Made by a program: the position numbers and the translations under genes. A stretch of DNA of 64,000 nucleotides from the NCBI RefSeq assembly GCF_964204865.1, contig NC_135260.1, positions 11,656,001 through 11,720,000 of the forward strand, read 5' to 3'. Positions 50,331 to 62,325 of this stretch are shown here, one piece after another. This DNA is from Styela clava (Eukaryota). Within the stretch, counting starts at the first letter, position 1, and each line of letters opens with the position of its first letter. The notes beneath the pieces are model-generated. The model did no database searches, had not been told where the DNA came from, and saw nothing but the letters and a program-made list of their open reading frames with translations.

Positions 50331-51584
50331 GTTTGAAGAATCTTGTATCAATCGAAACAGATATAGTCCGGCAGAATCGGGCCTTAAATTCATTTCATTT
50401 TATGTAACTTTCGTATTTTGTAAAACCAATAATACCGTAGTAGTTTTTCTATCGACCACTGAGATTATTTTTGTTGACAAACATGACAAGTAAGAAAAAC
50501 TCTTACGCAATAAGTAATTCACGCTTCGTAAGAAGTAGGCCAGACCCAATTTTATGTCTCAATAGCAATTGGAATTGCAAAATTCTCCACAACTGAATTA
50601 CCCTTCAATTTTATGTTGTATTAATATGCATGTGCAGACGGAAGTGGATAGGAGGTGGATCTTCAGCATAACTGGATTCTAACATACAGAACAATTTAAC
50701 TGAAAGTAAGTTTTTATCAACACAAATCATTGTCTTTCCTGTAATATTTTATTGCCGTTGTTCACCACAATATTATAACGATCTTTTTGTTTCTATTTTA
50801 TAAATTTAAAATTGGCGATTAAATTTATTTAATAGAAAGAACCGTTTTATTTGTGAAGCAAAATGAGTGTCTTTCCGATGCGTCTCGTAAGACACTCATA
50901 TAAATTGTGTTTTTACGTTGTTTAGGAACAGAAACATAAAATTTGTCTTTTTAAAAACAACACCTAACGGGTATAATCAGAATCCGATGTGTTACAGAAA
51001 TTGTCGGGGTTTGAAATTTGGCTTTAAATGTATTTATTGGAAGTTGAAAACTATTATGAAATGAATGTAGGACGCCCGTTACGTCAGAGTCAAACATGTA
51101 AGTTATTAAACAATTTACAACAAACGATCCGTTGAAAACTGAACAAATAAAGTAGTTCTCATGCATAGTGAGGAAGGAATAAAGAGTTCAAAATGGGGAG
51201 AAATTTAACAAAAAAGATTAGGTAGCACTACCCTAAAATTACTCTTGTTGGGGTTGGGAAGTGCTCGTGTTTATAAATTGAATTGAATTCACACTAAAAT
51301 TAATTGCTATCATTTATTCCGAGCCGAAACATTCTATCCGTATACACGCACTAGGTGTCTCTGTGTTGAGCGAAATAGTAATGAATGTAAAATAACATTG
51401 GCAGGGATCTCTGCGCTAAAGCATTTTTTAACTGGGTGGAATATTTCGGATCCGACAGTTTCCCAACTTGTATTTTATTATTTAGGTTATGCCATGAATA
51501 CTAGCATAAGCGAATAAGGTGAAAGCAAATCTCACGAATCGAGAGTTTGTTGAAGTAAGTAATAATCTTTCCATAATAGTCTTT

Positions 51585-51870
51585 CCATATTATCCCAGTG
51601 GATAAGAAAGCCGTGAAACGGTTTGGTCATGTGAAGACCGGTCTCTCGTCCTCTTACCAGTCCATGTCGGGTATAGGAATAGTTAACCGGTTATTATTAG
51701 TTCTGGATGTATGAACTTGGTAGCGGAGGCAGCTATAGCCGACCAGCCGTTACGTAAACCACCTAGGAGTTTCTTCATTCACTTAATTTAACTCCACATG
51801 ATTCAAACCTCTACAAGAGTATTTGAAGGTGCCATGGCAATTCAGTTCATAACGCTAAGCACCTCTCCAG
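51585..51870 (-). mobile_element. Degraded copy of the tRNA-derived SINE
   Basis: tattatcccag...aaagccg...ttaccagtccatgtcgggtataggaa...gccgaccagccgttacgtaaaccacc...aacgctaagc is collinear with 19230-19510. Confidence 0.75.
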
Positions 51871-52974
51871 GTCAAAGTATTCCTTAAAAGACGTAAAAAA
51901 AATTATGCTTCTATCGGAACAAGCATGATCTGACTCCAATAAGCTTTGTCAAATGAAACTAAAAGACGTATGACTAATATATGCAAGGATTATTAGTCCG
52001 TTAAAAATAAACTATTTATATATTATTGAAATAAATAATCTGTAGAATTGTATTTTTACACGTGGTGAATTCGTGGCTTTATATGTCAGTGTAGTTTAAT
52101 GGACTTATCATGTTTTGAAACCCCTCCTTAAGACGCGTGCGTGCATCGACTCGGGATCCGCAATCTTTAAATAGGTTCTTCTTTTTCCTCCTTTGTCTGT
52201 TTGAAGCTAGCTTTTAGAGTTTGAATAGTTTAGTGTGAACAGTTCTACTCAGTTCTGGACACGGTATTAGTCAAGTGCGTTCTTCACTTTAAGTCTGGAT
52301 CTGCGTTTGTAAGCATTGTGGCAAAATTTAATTTGTTTAGTGTGTCAGTTTAAAGTTTCAGTAAATACTCACTACCCAAGTATATAATATTCTTCAAACG
52401 AAACTCTATCAGTGGTTCACTAACTTTTTAGATCCGCGCCCCTCTTAAAATTTGCCTCGCGCCCCACCTCAACATAACTATAACAAATAGTAAGGCGAAA
52501 TTATGTACAAGAACTCGATGCTGAAATCTAAATTACCATATAACACTCAAATTTTTGAATATGACTAAAAATGCGCTACCTAATTGAATCGAAATTAGAT
52601 TATTATTCATAAATTAATTAATAACTTAACTCAAAATAGAATGGAGGAAAGGCAATGAATTAGTAAACTTAGTTATATCTCGGCCTTCCCCGTCCTGAAA
52701 GGTCCCCCCGTCATAATGGGGCATCAGTGACGTTTACGGGGCTTCACTCCTTTGGGTAATTATAATCGGAATTGATCTTATGCCGCTGTTCAATTAGGCG
52801 GTCACGGAGGAAGGACCTCGGACATTCGTGGAACACGTTGGGAAAACTGGTGTATTCGTGAGTTATAATTTATTATTGGATCAGACATCAGGCCGTGGTT
52901 CGCCATATGGATAAGCCGTCTTATCGGCTTTCCTCTCCCCCGGGATAAATATGTAAATCCTATCCTATCCTATC

Positions 52975-53952
52975 GAATTTAGTCGAGATTTTTCTGCACA
53001 GTGCTTTATCAAACACGTTCCAGAAGATTTGACAGACAATGAGATAGCTTGTTTCCTTGCTAAATTCCGCGTTGTACAAGCAAAGCGACTAAAACGTAAA
53101 ACAAGTTCGGGCTTTGAACTTTGCTCTACGGTCTTATTGAATTTCAGCACAAATATTGCGCCTTCTACGGTTGAGATTGGATACCTGAGGTTCAAGATCC
53201 ATGAATATAACCCACCTCCGATACGGTGTTTCAATTGTAACAGATATGGCCATATTGGTAAACATTGTCGCGGTAAGAAGCGCTGCACCCGCTGCGGCGG
53301 AGAACACGAACAAGCATCATGCAGTGCAACACCACATTGTACAAATTGCGGTCTTTCTCATAGTGCTGCATATGCGGGATGTAGGAGATATAAAGGAGAA
53401 GCTCAAATTCAGATTATTCGTAAAAACAAAAATTTAAACTACTCCGACGCTCGCGAATCTATATATCTTTCAAAAAAGAAAGCATCTGGCCAAGTAAATA
53501 AAAATCTTTTCCTGTCCCAGGATAACTTCCCGTCTTTAAAAACAAAGAAAAAACAAGACGGTCGGGTCTCCACACCATTCATCAGTCTGGCAGAGAAAAC
53601 ACCACGCCATACCGGTAGTACCGACATTTCTCTAGATAGCAGTGCCCAACATTCGAGGACATCCGATCGACAACGACAAGGAGATATCACCCATTCTTTA
53701 TCTAAATCTGACCAATCACAGGCAGAACGTCTCGATATAAACGAAAATGTGCCAAAGCAAAGACCACAAATCACTGTAGATCCCATTCAATTTTTTGCAT
53801 TTTCAACTGAGGTTATACAAAACACTATAGTTGCTAGTTCGAAAGGAGAAAGTGTTGACATATCTTCCATAGTATCCATGTCAGCCGGAAAACAATTTGG
53901 ATTTGATTTAAACAGTGTAACGCTTCAGTACATGGCTTCTGACGAAATTTAA
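52975..53952 (+). pseudogene. LINE ORF1 (gag-like nucleic-acid-binding protein), 5'-truncated
   Basis: YNPPPIRCFNCNRYGHIGKHC, CTRCGGEHEQASC and CTNCGLSHSAAYAGC are three CCHC knuckles typical of I/Jockey-group ORF1. There is no ATG start; the frame is cut off at the chimeric junction. Confidence 0.9.
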
Positions 53953-56900
53953 TGGCGGAACTTGGGAAAATTTCATTTTGCGTACTACAGTGGAACTGTA
54001 GGAGCATCTACAGAAAATTATACGAATTTATGAAGTATATATATAATTTAGAAAAGAAACCAGATATAATCTTACTACAAGAAACTCATTTAATATCGAA
54101 GTACTCACCTTCTTTAAAAGGATATTCAATAATAAGAAAAGATAGATCAATAGCAGGAGGTGGCCTGGCTATTATAGTTAGAAACTCGTTACCTTGCAGA
54201 GAGATCTCGTTGAAAGCACCATCACCTGTTGAAGTACAATGCATAGAAATACATGAACATAGATTTGTCAATGTATATATACCTCCGGGAAATATTTTGA
54301 ATCAAAGCCATTTCAAATTCATCCGAGACTTTCCATGTAGATCAATGTTCTTTGGAGATTTTAATGCACATCATCGGATGTGGATGAGCTCCATGACAAA
54401 TTCACGGGGTAATATGTTCATGGATGCCGTTGAAGAAAATAATTTAGTAATACTTAACACTTCCCAACCAACAAGAATGAATCTATCCACGAGAGCTATA
54501 AATAGGTGGTCTCTATTGGACCTATCGATTGCTACGCCTGATATTGCTTCGAAATGTCGCGCGGTTGTCACGGACCAGTTCATCGGTAGCGACCACTGCA
54601 TAATTTTAACCTATCTTCGAGTAAAGTTCTCTCATAAAATACAATTTTCATCCTGGTCGCTGAAGAAAGCTGATTGGAATAAATTTCAATTAAAATGCAT
54701 AGACACAATCAATGATTTACTGATATCAGACGACGTAGAAGTTTTTAGTAATAACATATCACATCGCTTGACTGAAGCGGCTCAACAATCCATCCCTTAT
54801 ACCAAAAATATCAAAAACAAATCGCCAGTTCCTTGGTGGTCATCGGAATGTGATAAAGCTGTTAGATTAAAAAGAGCATCATATTTAAAAATGAAAAGAA
54901 CGTGGAATCGGAGTGACATAATAGAATTTAAAAAGCGCAGAGAGGAATGTAGACGGATAATTCTAAAAACCAAAAGAAATAGTTGGATACAATACTGTAA
55001 TTCGTTGAATAAGCAGAGTAATCTGTCAACAGTTTGGAATGTTGTTCGAAGCTTCACCGGCACTTCCCGTCATAATAATATACCTACCATACATGACGCT
55101 GATAAAATTTCAACAACTGACTTGGATAAGGCTAATAAGCTGGGATCTGTGTTTAACTCGGTTAGTAGTACTGATAACAACTGCCAAGGACTTATTTCGC
55201 GAAAGGCAGAATTTGAAAGGAACACTTTTAGATCTATTCCAATCGAAAGCAACTTTTCTAGCGAAATTAATACAAATTTTTCCATAGAAGAGTTAAAGTT
55301 GGCATTGGCATCGAAAAAGAATACGTCCCCTGGTGAAGACGGAATATGTTACGACATGATCAAACACCTTCCCGACATTTCGATGAAGACACTTTTGTCA
55401 TTTTATAATAAATCTTGGGCGTCTAGCTATGTTCCAAGCAAATGGTTGCATTCCACTATAATACCCATACCTAAATCTAATAAACCGGCTACCTCGCCAA
55501 ATTCATACAGACCTATAGCTTTAACCAGTCATCTTTGTAAAATTATGGAAACTATGATAGCAAAAAGACTACAATGGTTTTTAACTAAAAATAATATATT
55601 AAGTGATGATCAAGCAGGTTTTCGTCGTGGAAGATCTACAACTGACAACATATTATGTTTGCACGATGAAGTGTATAAAGCAATCAATAACAAAAGACAT
55701 GTCGTAGCCGTTTTCTTAGATATCCAACGCGCTTACGATATGATATGGCGTAGTGGACTCATCTCGAAGTCACACGCACTCGGAATTCGAGGACGTATGC
55801 TCGTGTGGATAAAATCTTTCGTTCGATAAAGAACTTTTCAAGTTCGTATCGGATCCACTCTATCCAGAATATTCGAACAAGAAAATGGAATTGTGCAAGG
55901 CAGTGTGATCAGTCCCATTCTTTTTTCATTAATGATTAATGATTTACCCGCTAACATAGCGGCATCAGTATGTAAACTTTTTGCAGACGACGGAGCAATC
56001 TGGGAATCTGGCCTACAAGTTAGGAAAATATAAGCTTCAATCCAATCATCTTTAGACGTGATAAGTACATGGTGTCAACAGTGGGGTTTCACAATTTCAA
56101 AATCGAAGTCAACAGCCATGGTTTTTACCAAGGCACGACGATTACACAATATTAGATTGAAAATGGGTGGTCAAGTGCTTCCAGTAAAATCAGAGTTTAA
56201 ATACCTGGGAATTATTTTTGATAAACGTCTGTCTTACAAACATCATATTAACTACATATATGAGAAATCTCTGAAAAGAATAAACATTTTAAGGCTTCTT
56301 ACGGGTACATCATGGGGCGCCTCCAAGGAAGCTCTTATCACTTTATTTCGATCAATAATAAAACCTATTTATGAATATGGAATGGAAGCTTACTTTTTTG
56401 CTCCTAATTCCTACCTGAAAAAGATATACTTAATACGAAACCAGTGTCTAAGAATATGCTGTGGCGCTATGAAAAGTACCTTCTTTTTAAGTTTATTAGC
56501 AGCTACGGGAGAATTACCTTTACATATCCGACATCTGCAGCTTTGTCTCAATTATAAATTGAACCTCATCTCTATACATAATCATCCTCTAAATCTAAAA
56601 CATATAATTGGAGAATCTTGGCAGGAATACTTTCCCGATCTACCTCTTTTCAAAACATTTAACATGTTGACAAGTTCGAATATTTTCAACAATTTGGAAG
56701 TATCGAGATATCCAGTGTATTACGATGCTCCATGGACGATAGAAAAACCAGCTGTTGATTGTGAACTCGTCAATATACTTAAACCGGTTGCAACAAACAA
56801 TATCAAGGTTGTGAGTAATGATTATATTCAATCTATCTTTGAACATTATACAAATGTTTACACTGACGGATCTAAAACAGAGGAAGGAGTTGGCTGTTCT

Positions 56901-57659
56901 TTTTACGTGCTACAGAGTGAAACTACTATGACCTTTTCATTACCACGAACCCAAACGTCATACACTGCCGAACTTCATGCAATAAGCATGGCAATGGAAT
57001 GGATAAGCATAAATCGCCCTTCCTCAGTACTGATTCTTTCGGATTGTCTTGGCGCACTCAAAAGTATCGAATGTTTCAATATTTCATCTCACCATCTGGT
57101 TGCGCGAATAATTTGTATACTTATTAATTTGAGAAAAGAAGGTATCAACGTCAAATATATTTGGATTCCAGGTCATGTGGGCATATTGGGAAATGAAAGA
57201 GCGGATCAGCTTGCAAGATCGTGCATTGGAGACGCCGCTATCGACAATATCCCACATACAGTACAAGAGGCAAAAACTGTAATTAGAAGTATAAGTTTGA
57301 ATAAATGGAAATTTGAATACCAATCGTCGACCATCGCATCACATTTCAAAATGTTCATTCCGACAGCAAATTCATATCCGAACCTTTCTCTAACGCGATA
57401 TCCCTGGACATTGCAGGCTCTCCCACCATCTTTTTAAAATAGGCTGTCTCACCCAGATGGCGAATGCGATACTTGCTCTGTACAAGAAACTGTAGCCCAT
57501 TTTTAACTATTTTGTCCAAAGTATATTAATGAAAGAAATATTTTGATAAATCATGCACATAGTTTAAATATTCCATTTCGAATTAAATACGTACTGTCTG
57601 ATCCAGAGGTTATTCCTTATGTAATTAGGTTTGTTTATGCAACCCGCAGGTTAATATAG
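53952..57659 (+). pseudogene. LINE ORF2: AP endonuclease, reverse transcriptase, RNase H and C-terminal Zn finger; disrupted
   Basis: APE motifs QWNCRS, LQETH, GDFNAHH, LDLS, GSDH; RT motifs YRPIALTS, QAGFR, FLDIQRAYD, QGSVISP, LFADD, YLG; RNase H motifs YTDGSK, AELHAI, WIPGHVGILGNERAD; Zn finger CDTC..ETVAH..C. In-frame TAA at 55827-55829 and 56031-56033, with frameshifts and a further stop near 57395-57510. Confidence 0.95.
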
Positions 57660-59341
57660 ACATAGCTTATATACGTATATAATTTTTCCGTGTGGCTTAT
57701 ATTTTACATTAATTCCGTATCGTAGGGAATTTTGAACCGCAATTAATTTTGAAGTAGCGTGTTACTTACACTATGGTGTACGGCTTTTGTGGACCTGTTT
57801 TTTTGTCAGAAAATTATTTTCTGTCTGGCGCACATAATCCTGGTAATTAAAAGCGCCATAACTTTTAATAATAATAATAATAATTGATCTTATGCGACGT
57901 CTGTTGACATGGTCTACCTACCTACACTCTACAGAACTCCACTTCATGTTTGTAATTGAGTAGGTACACATATACAAAAAAGACACTTTAACAATATTTT
58001 TTGCTCTCCTCATAACATAAATTATTCTTTCCGGACGCCAAAAATAACATCCTTTCGGACTTTCTCTGGTAGTCGTTACCCCTTGTGTCACTATGCACAT
58101 ACGTCACAGACATGCGTTTCACCAAGTATCTCAGTGGTAAAATCAGTATGATATTTCACCAATACCGCGCAGTTCAATGTTGTGTATAAATCATCGAACC
58201 ATTAAGTCGGGGTCACAGCTCACAGCTCATCCGAGAATTGGGTGAAGTCTTGAATCCGACGTCGAGTTTATCACTAACTTTTACTGGCGTTCAGTAAGCG
58301 ACGAATCCCAGCTAACTGATCTGATTATCATATATGGTGAAAGATCTTACTTATTGACCTGCCAACTAATATTCATCTATTTGGATATTTGCGTGCATTA
58401 TTATTTGCACTGAAGAACAGAATGTAACTACGATGGTATGCATTTATTTAAATATTTTTCAAATGTTTGAACTGTACTAGATGAATTGGTGAGCATTATG
58501 ATGGTCTCAGGCAAATTTTCAAAATGCATGAATCTCGCTTACTATTTAATGGAAAAGGGTGAACTTGAAAATTTCCTAAATGTTTGTGCGACCTAGTCGT
58601 TCAAGCCCAGCAATGTTGATTCCTCTACAAATGTTGCTTCTATTATGCAGTCCGAGCAATTAAGTTGTCTGCCTCTTTTGAAGAAAACATGGGTATCTTG
58701 ATTCGTAATACAGCAATTCCGCCTAAGCAGTTTACCTTTTTTTAATTTTCAGTGCTGACAATTTTCTTGTTGTGACAGAAGTGACGAGCACTCATACTCA
58801 TAATTATGTCATGTGCAAAAAAAATTAAGATTTAATAGAGCTATCAATGTTGTTAATTCAATTTTTGATAGTCACATATTTTTGTATGCCTACACCTTGC
58901 TGAGATGCTAGCGTTAATATTAAATGTAATACAGCTTGTATATGTCAGTCATATTTGCACTGAATCTAAGCAAGCCATATTCTTTTATTTGTCGATTGGA
59001 ATTTATGTTCATCATGTCGTAGAAATGTCCTAAGAGTCCTGCCACATATTTCTGTTAGACACGGCCTAAACCATCGCGTCGTCATGCGCGTCGAGTCGGA
59101 TGCAATTATATTATGTGCCCTACTGTTTTAAGATTTCCAGGCAGCCGCGACTTCAACCTGGCACCCCAACTATATACATAATACATTGCACATATTATAT
59201 TACTCTATATAGCTCGGAGGGCGATTACTGCTGCCCATTCCTTCCACTGTAATATACTTTGTTCCAGGTAGGAAATAAGGCGCAAAATGTTCGAAAATGT
59301 CTGGGGAGCACAGCCCAAATTTTAGACAAACATCTAATCAT

Positions 59342-59734
59342 TAGGACTGGACATTTCGAATCGAATAATCGAATAGTAAATTATTCGAATCGGTTCAGAG
59401 CTAAATTTCAAATCGCCGCCATCTTGTTTTTATCTTTCCGCTAATCTTCAAGGTGAATTCCTCATTTTTTTTTCATTGGAGTCGTTTTTTTTTACCGAAA
59501 TTCTAACATACGACTATTTTCTTATTGATATAACGTGTTTGTTATTCTGTGTGAACGCTCAGTAATCTATCTGAGTGATTTGTTCTATGTCTTTAGTAAT
59601 TCATTTGTTGAGAGGACCAATTACTATAATAAAATCGCTTACAATTATATATTTTCAAGTATTCGAGATTCGATTCGAAAAAATTATTCGATTCGATTCT
59701 GAAATCACAAGGTATTCGAAAATGCCCAGCCCTA
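59342..59734. mobile_element. hAT (Ac-like TAGG..CTG ends) MITE
   Basis: TIRs TAGGACTGGACATT/AATGCCCAGCCCTA, TCGAA subterminal arrays, TSD ctaatcat/ataatcat (7/8). Confidence 0.85.
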
Positions 59735-59882
59735 ATAATCATTAACTTCAGTAGTTTTATGAAAAAATTACAACACTAGATAAATGAGCAGATAGAAATG
59801 TTTTATAATCGGTACACAGAGATCAAAAGTTAAAAACAACTGCATTTTAAAATTAAAATAATCAAATCGGCAAAATTCAGAT

Positions 59883-60840
59883 GCTCTATGAAAAAGCCCA
59901 CCCCAATCCTACAGCAATTAACATGAATAAAGAGAGTAATCAACCCATACAGACTCGCAGAACAGTTTTACTCAAACCAGAAAATCCAGGGGTCTTGTTT
60001 TTTCTAGGAACATTTACATAATCATCTGCGCTAACAGTATTTAAAAAAACACAAAATAGATACAAACATTCGGTAATGTGAAGATGACCAAATTTTCAAG
60101 AAATAAGATTGTACGGATGCAAACTGAAGGAGTTATATATATTACTATGTTGAGTCTATGTAGCCGATATTTTGAACCTTCATATTTCGGATGTTGATAC
60201 AAATTAAGACAGAAATAAAATTGCTGTAAACCTTGCACTGAGCTGGAGCAGGACATTTTGATGAATTAAGCTAATTTCAGACTCGATAGCATCCCGCTCT
60301 GTGTAAAAAGCCCACTCCAATCCCACAGCAATTTTAATAACAGAATTCAGAATATTTGAAATCAATAAGGTAACCAAGCAAGCTTACACAATTCGTCGAA
60401 AACGTGAAATTTCGTTAAGAATATTCCAGTAAATCAGGTTCGTTCCAGTATTTTTTTAAAACACTGATAGCGACAACAAATATACCGACTTACTTAAATT
60501 GCTATGCCACGCCCATTAGAAATTATTGTGGTTAGAAACTACACGAAACCATCAGGGCATAAAAATATGAATATTCTAAAAACAAAGAAGCACAAAATAA
60601 ATATCAAAGTTCGCTAATGCAAAGGTGTCCAAAATGTGAAGAAATCGGATTGTACGGATGCAAACTGAAGGAAATATATTAATAGAGATTATATAGCGAT
60701 TGATTTGCACCTTTTTATTTCGAAGGTGACACAAATTATTACGGAAATAAAATTGCTGTGAACCCTACACGGAGCTGGATATTTCAATAAATTGAATCCA
60801 GCTCTGTGTATAAAGCCCACCCCAATCCCACAGCAATTAA
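59883..60840. repeat. Degenerate tandem repeat with a ~0.4-0.5-kb unit
   Basis: AAAGCCCAC(C/T)CCAATCC(T/C)ACAGCAATT occurs at about 59893, 60307 and 60812; GATTGTACGGATGCAAACTGAAGGA and AAATAAAATTGCTGT each occur twice. Confidence 0.8.
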
Positions 60841-62249
60841 AAAAAAGAATGGACGAATAATTTAGCTTGAAAAATAAAATTAAAAAAAAAAAGATTTAAA
60901 TTTCACATAATATTAATGCTATCATGAGGTTTCAGAAAAAACTGTTCGCTTCAATACATTTCAGGCCTTAGCCGATAATGAGCATTTTAACGTTCACACA
61001 TTATTTATCACGATTTATCTCCTTTGTTAATATTTTTTTACGGGGATGCACATCCGAGCATTTTTACATGGCCTAACACGTGTGGCAAGATAGTTCATTA
61101 CAAATTTATTTGGAATCACTGTTAATTGCTGGACCAATTGCTTTGAAATATTCAGTGGTTGAAGATTGTATTTGTCACTATAAGGCTATAATTTTCATTT
61201 CATTCATCTCAAAAATTTCTGATGGTTTTAGGTAATTCGTATTTTTGTGTGTGATGAAGTTATCAAAATACAAAACTGCATTCGTAGCTGTCTGGTGGTC
61301 AAGCAAAGTCGAGAAGACTGTGGTATCGGTAGTGTACTGTAAAAGATTAGATACCCATTAGATACTAATTTGTTTTGGTCTGCGAGTCCATATATTCGAG
61401 CATTTCTCTTTTGATACAGAAAAAATTTCCGATATAAAAATATTCCGATTGACATACCAGGGAAAAACGAAGAAGATAAAAATAAGAAATGAAATACCAC
61501 ACATTCCCGCACAAATTCGTTCTGTGGTAAAACAAAAAAATGTGTTTCAATTTTTTTTATATTCGTAGATGAAAATTTCGTTTTCGTGATTTCCCATTTA
61601 CAGAGTTCTTTCCCACGTGAACCCCCGGATATCTGACCATTGCCTAAATGAAAATTGTTTTACCAGGTCATATGTTTAACAGATATATAGTTTCGGTCCG
61701 ATTATGTGCTGTTCATTGAGTATCGTATATACAGGTATTTCCCATTACTTTCGATACTATAAATGAAAGTTACTTTTTATGTAATGAGTTTTAAAGACTG
61801 AGGTGCTTGATATTATTGGTGCGCTCCCACTTGAAGTTTAGTCTATTCTGCCAATATCCATAGTTTTTTTTGTGTGTTGCGGGCCTTGTGACGTAATCGG
61901 ATAAATAAAAGAATATTAATTGTTGACCAATTTAACGAGCTAAATATTTTGGGTCGACTTGCTCATTACCGAGGTACATATCGTTGTATTGTACGCAAAA
62001 AACATCCATAACTGTTCTGATTTACTATTTAAGCCATTCGGAATTGGTGATTATGGGATGACTGGATTTTAATCGGCATCAGCACAAATTCCATGGTGCA
62101 ATATTCACCAATGAATCACATATTTCTGTAGGTCGGACGATATATGACGATTTCTACTATTGTTGGTTCAACTGATAATTTGTTCACAATTTTGCATCGA
62201 AAGTATTTTAAAATAATTTATATAAACTGTGCATGAGTGAATATTTATT

Positions 62250-62325
62250 TGACGTCAAGTCACGCGCTGGGAAAAATAATTCCGGTCAGCAAAGGATCAT
62301 TGAATGACGTCACGAGCGCACGTCA
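62250..62325. promoter_or_regulatory. CRE/ATF site cluster about 1 kb upstream of the GTPase start
   Basis: Perfect TGACGTCA at 62250-62257 and 62305-62312, plus a half site ACGTCA at about 62320 and TGACGTAA at about 61889. Confidence 0.45.

Larger units (their letters stand above)
52784..57881 (+). mobile_element. Composite non-LTR insertion: foreign 3'-end fragment (52784-52974) plus a 5'-truncated I/Nimb-group LINE (52975-57883)
   Basis: TSD AATTGATCTTATGC at 52770-52783 and 57882-57895; (TAA)6 tail at 57866-57883; 3'UTR stem TGGCGC...GCGCCA (57826-57858). Confidence 0.9.

Noticed and set aside
55827-56033. Programmed readthrough or an alternative genetic code in LINE ORF2
   Set aside because: Host genes end in TAA, TAG and TGA normally, and additional frameshifts show ordinary pseudogenisation.
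52965-57323. Antisense ORFs within the LINE, and likewise within IFT172 and TMEM87
   Set aside because: Shadow ORFs of real coding sequence with no independent features.
59883-60840. Repeat-spacer pattern as a CRISPR array
   Set aside because: Eukaryotic context, spacers of hundreds of bp that are homologous to each other, and no cas genes.
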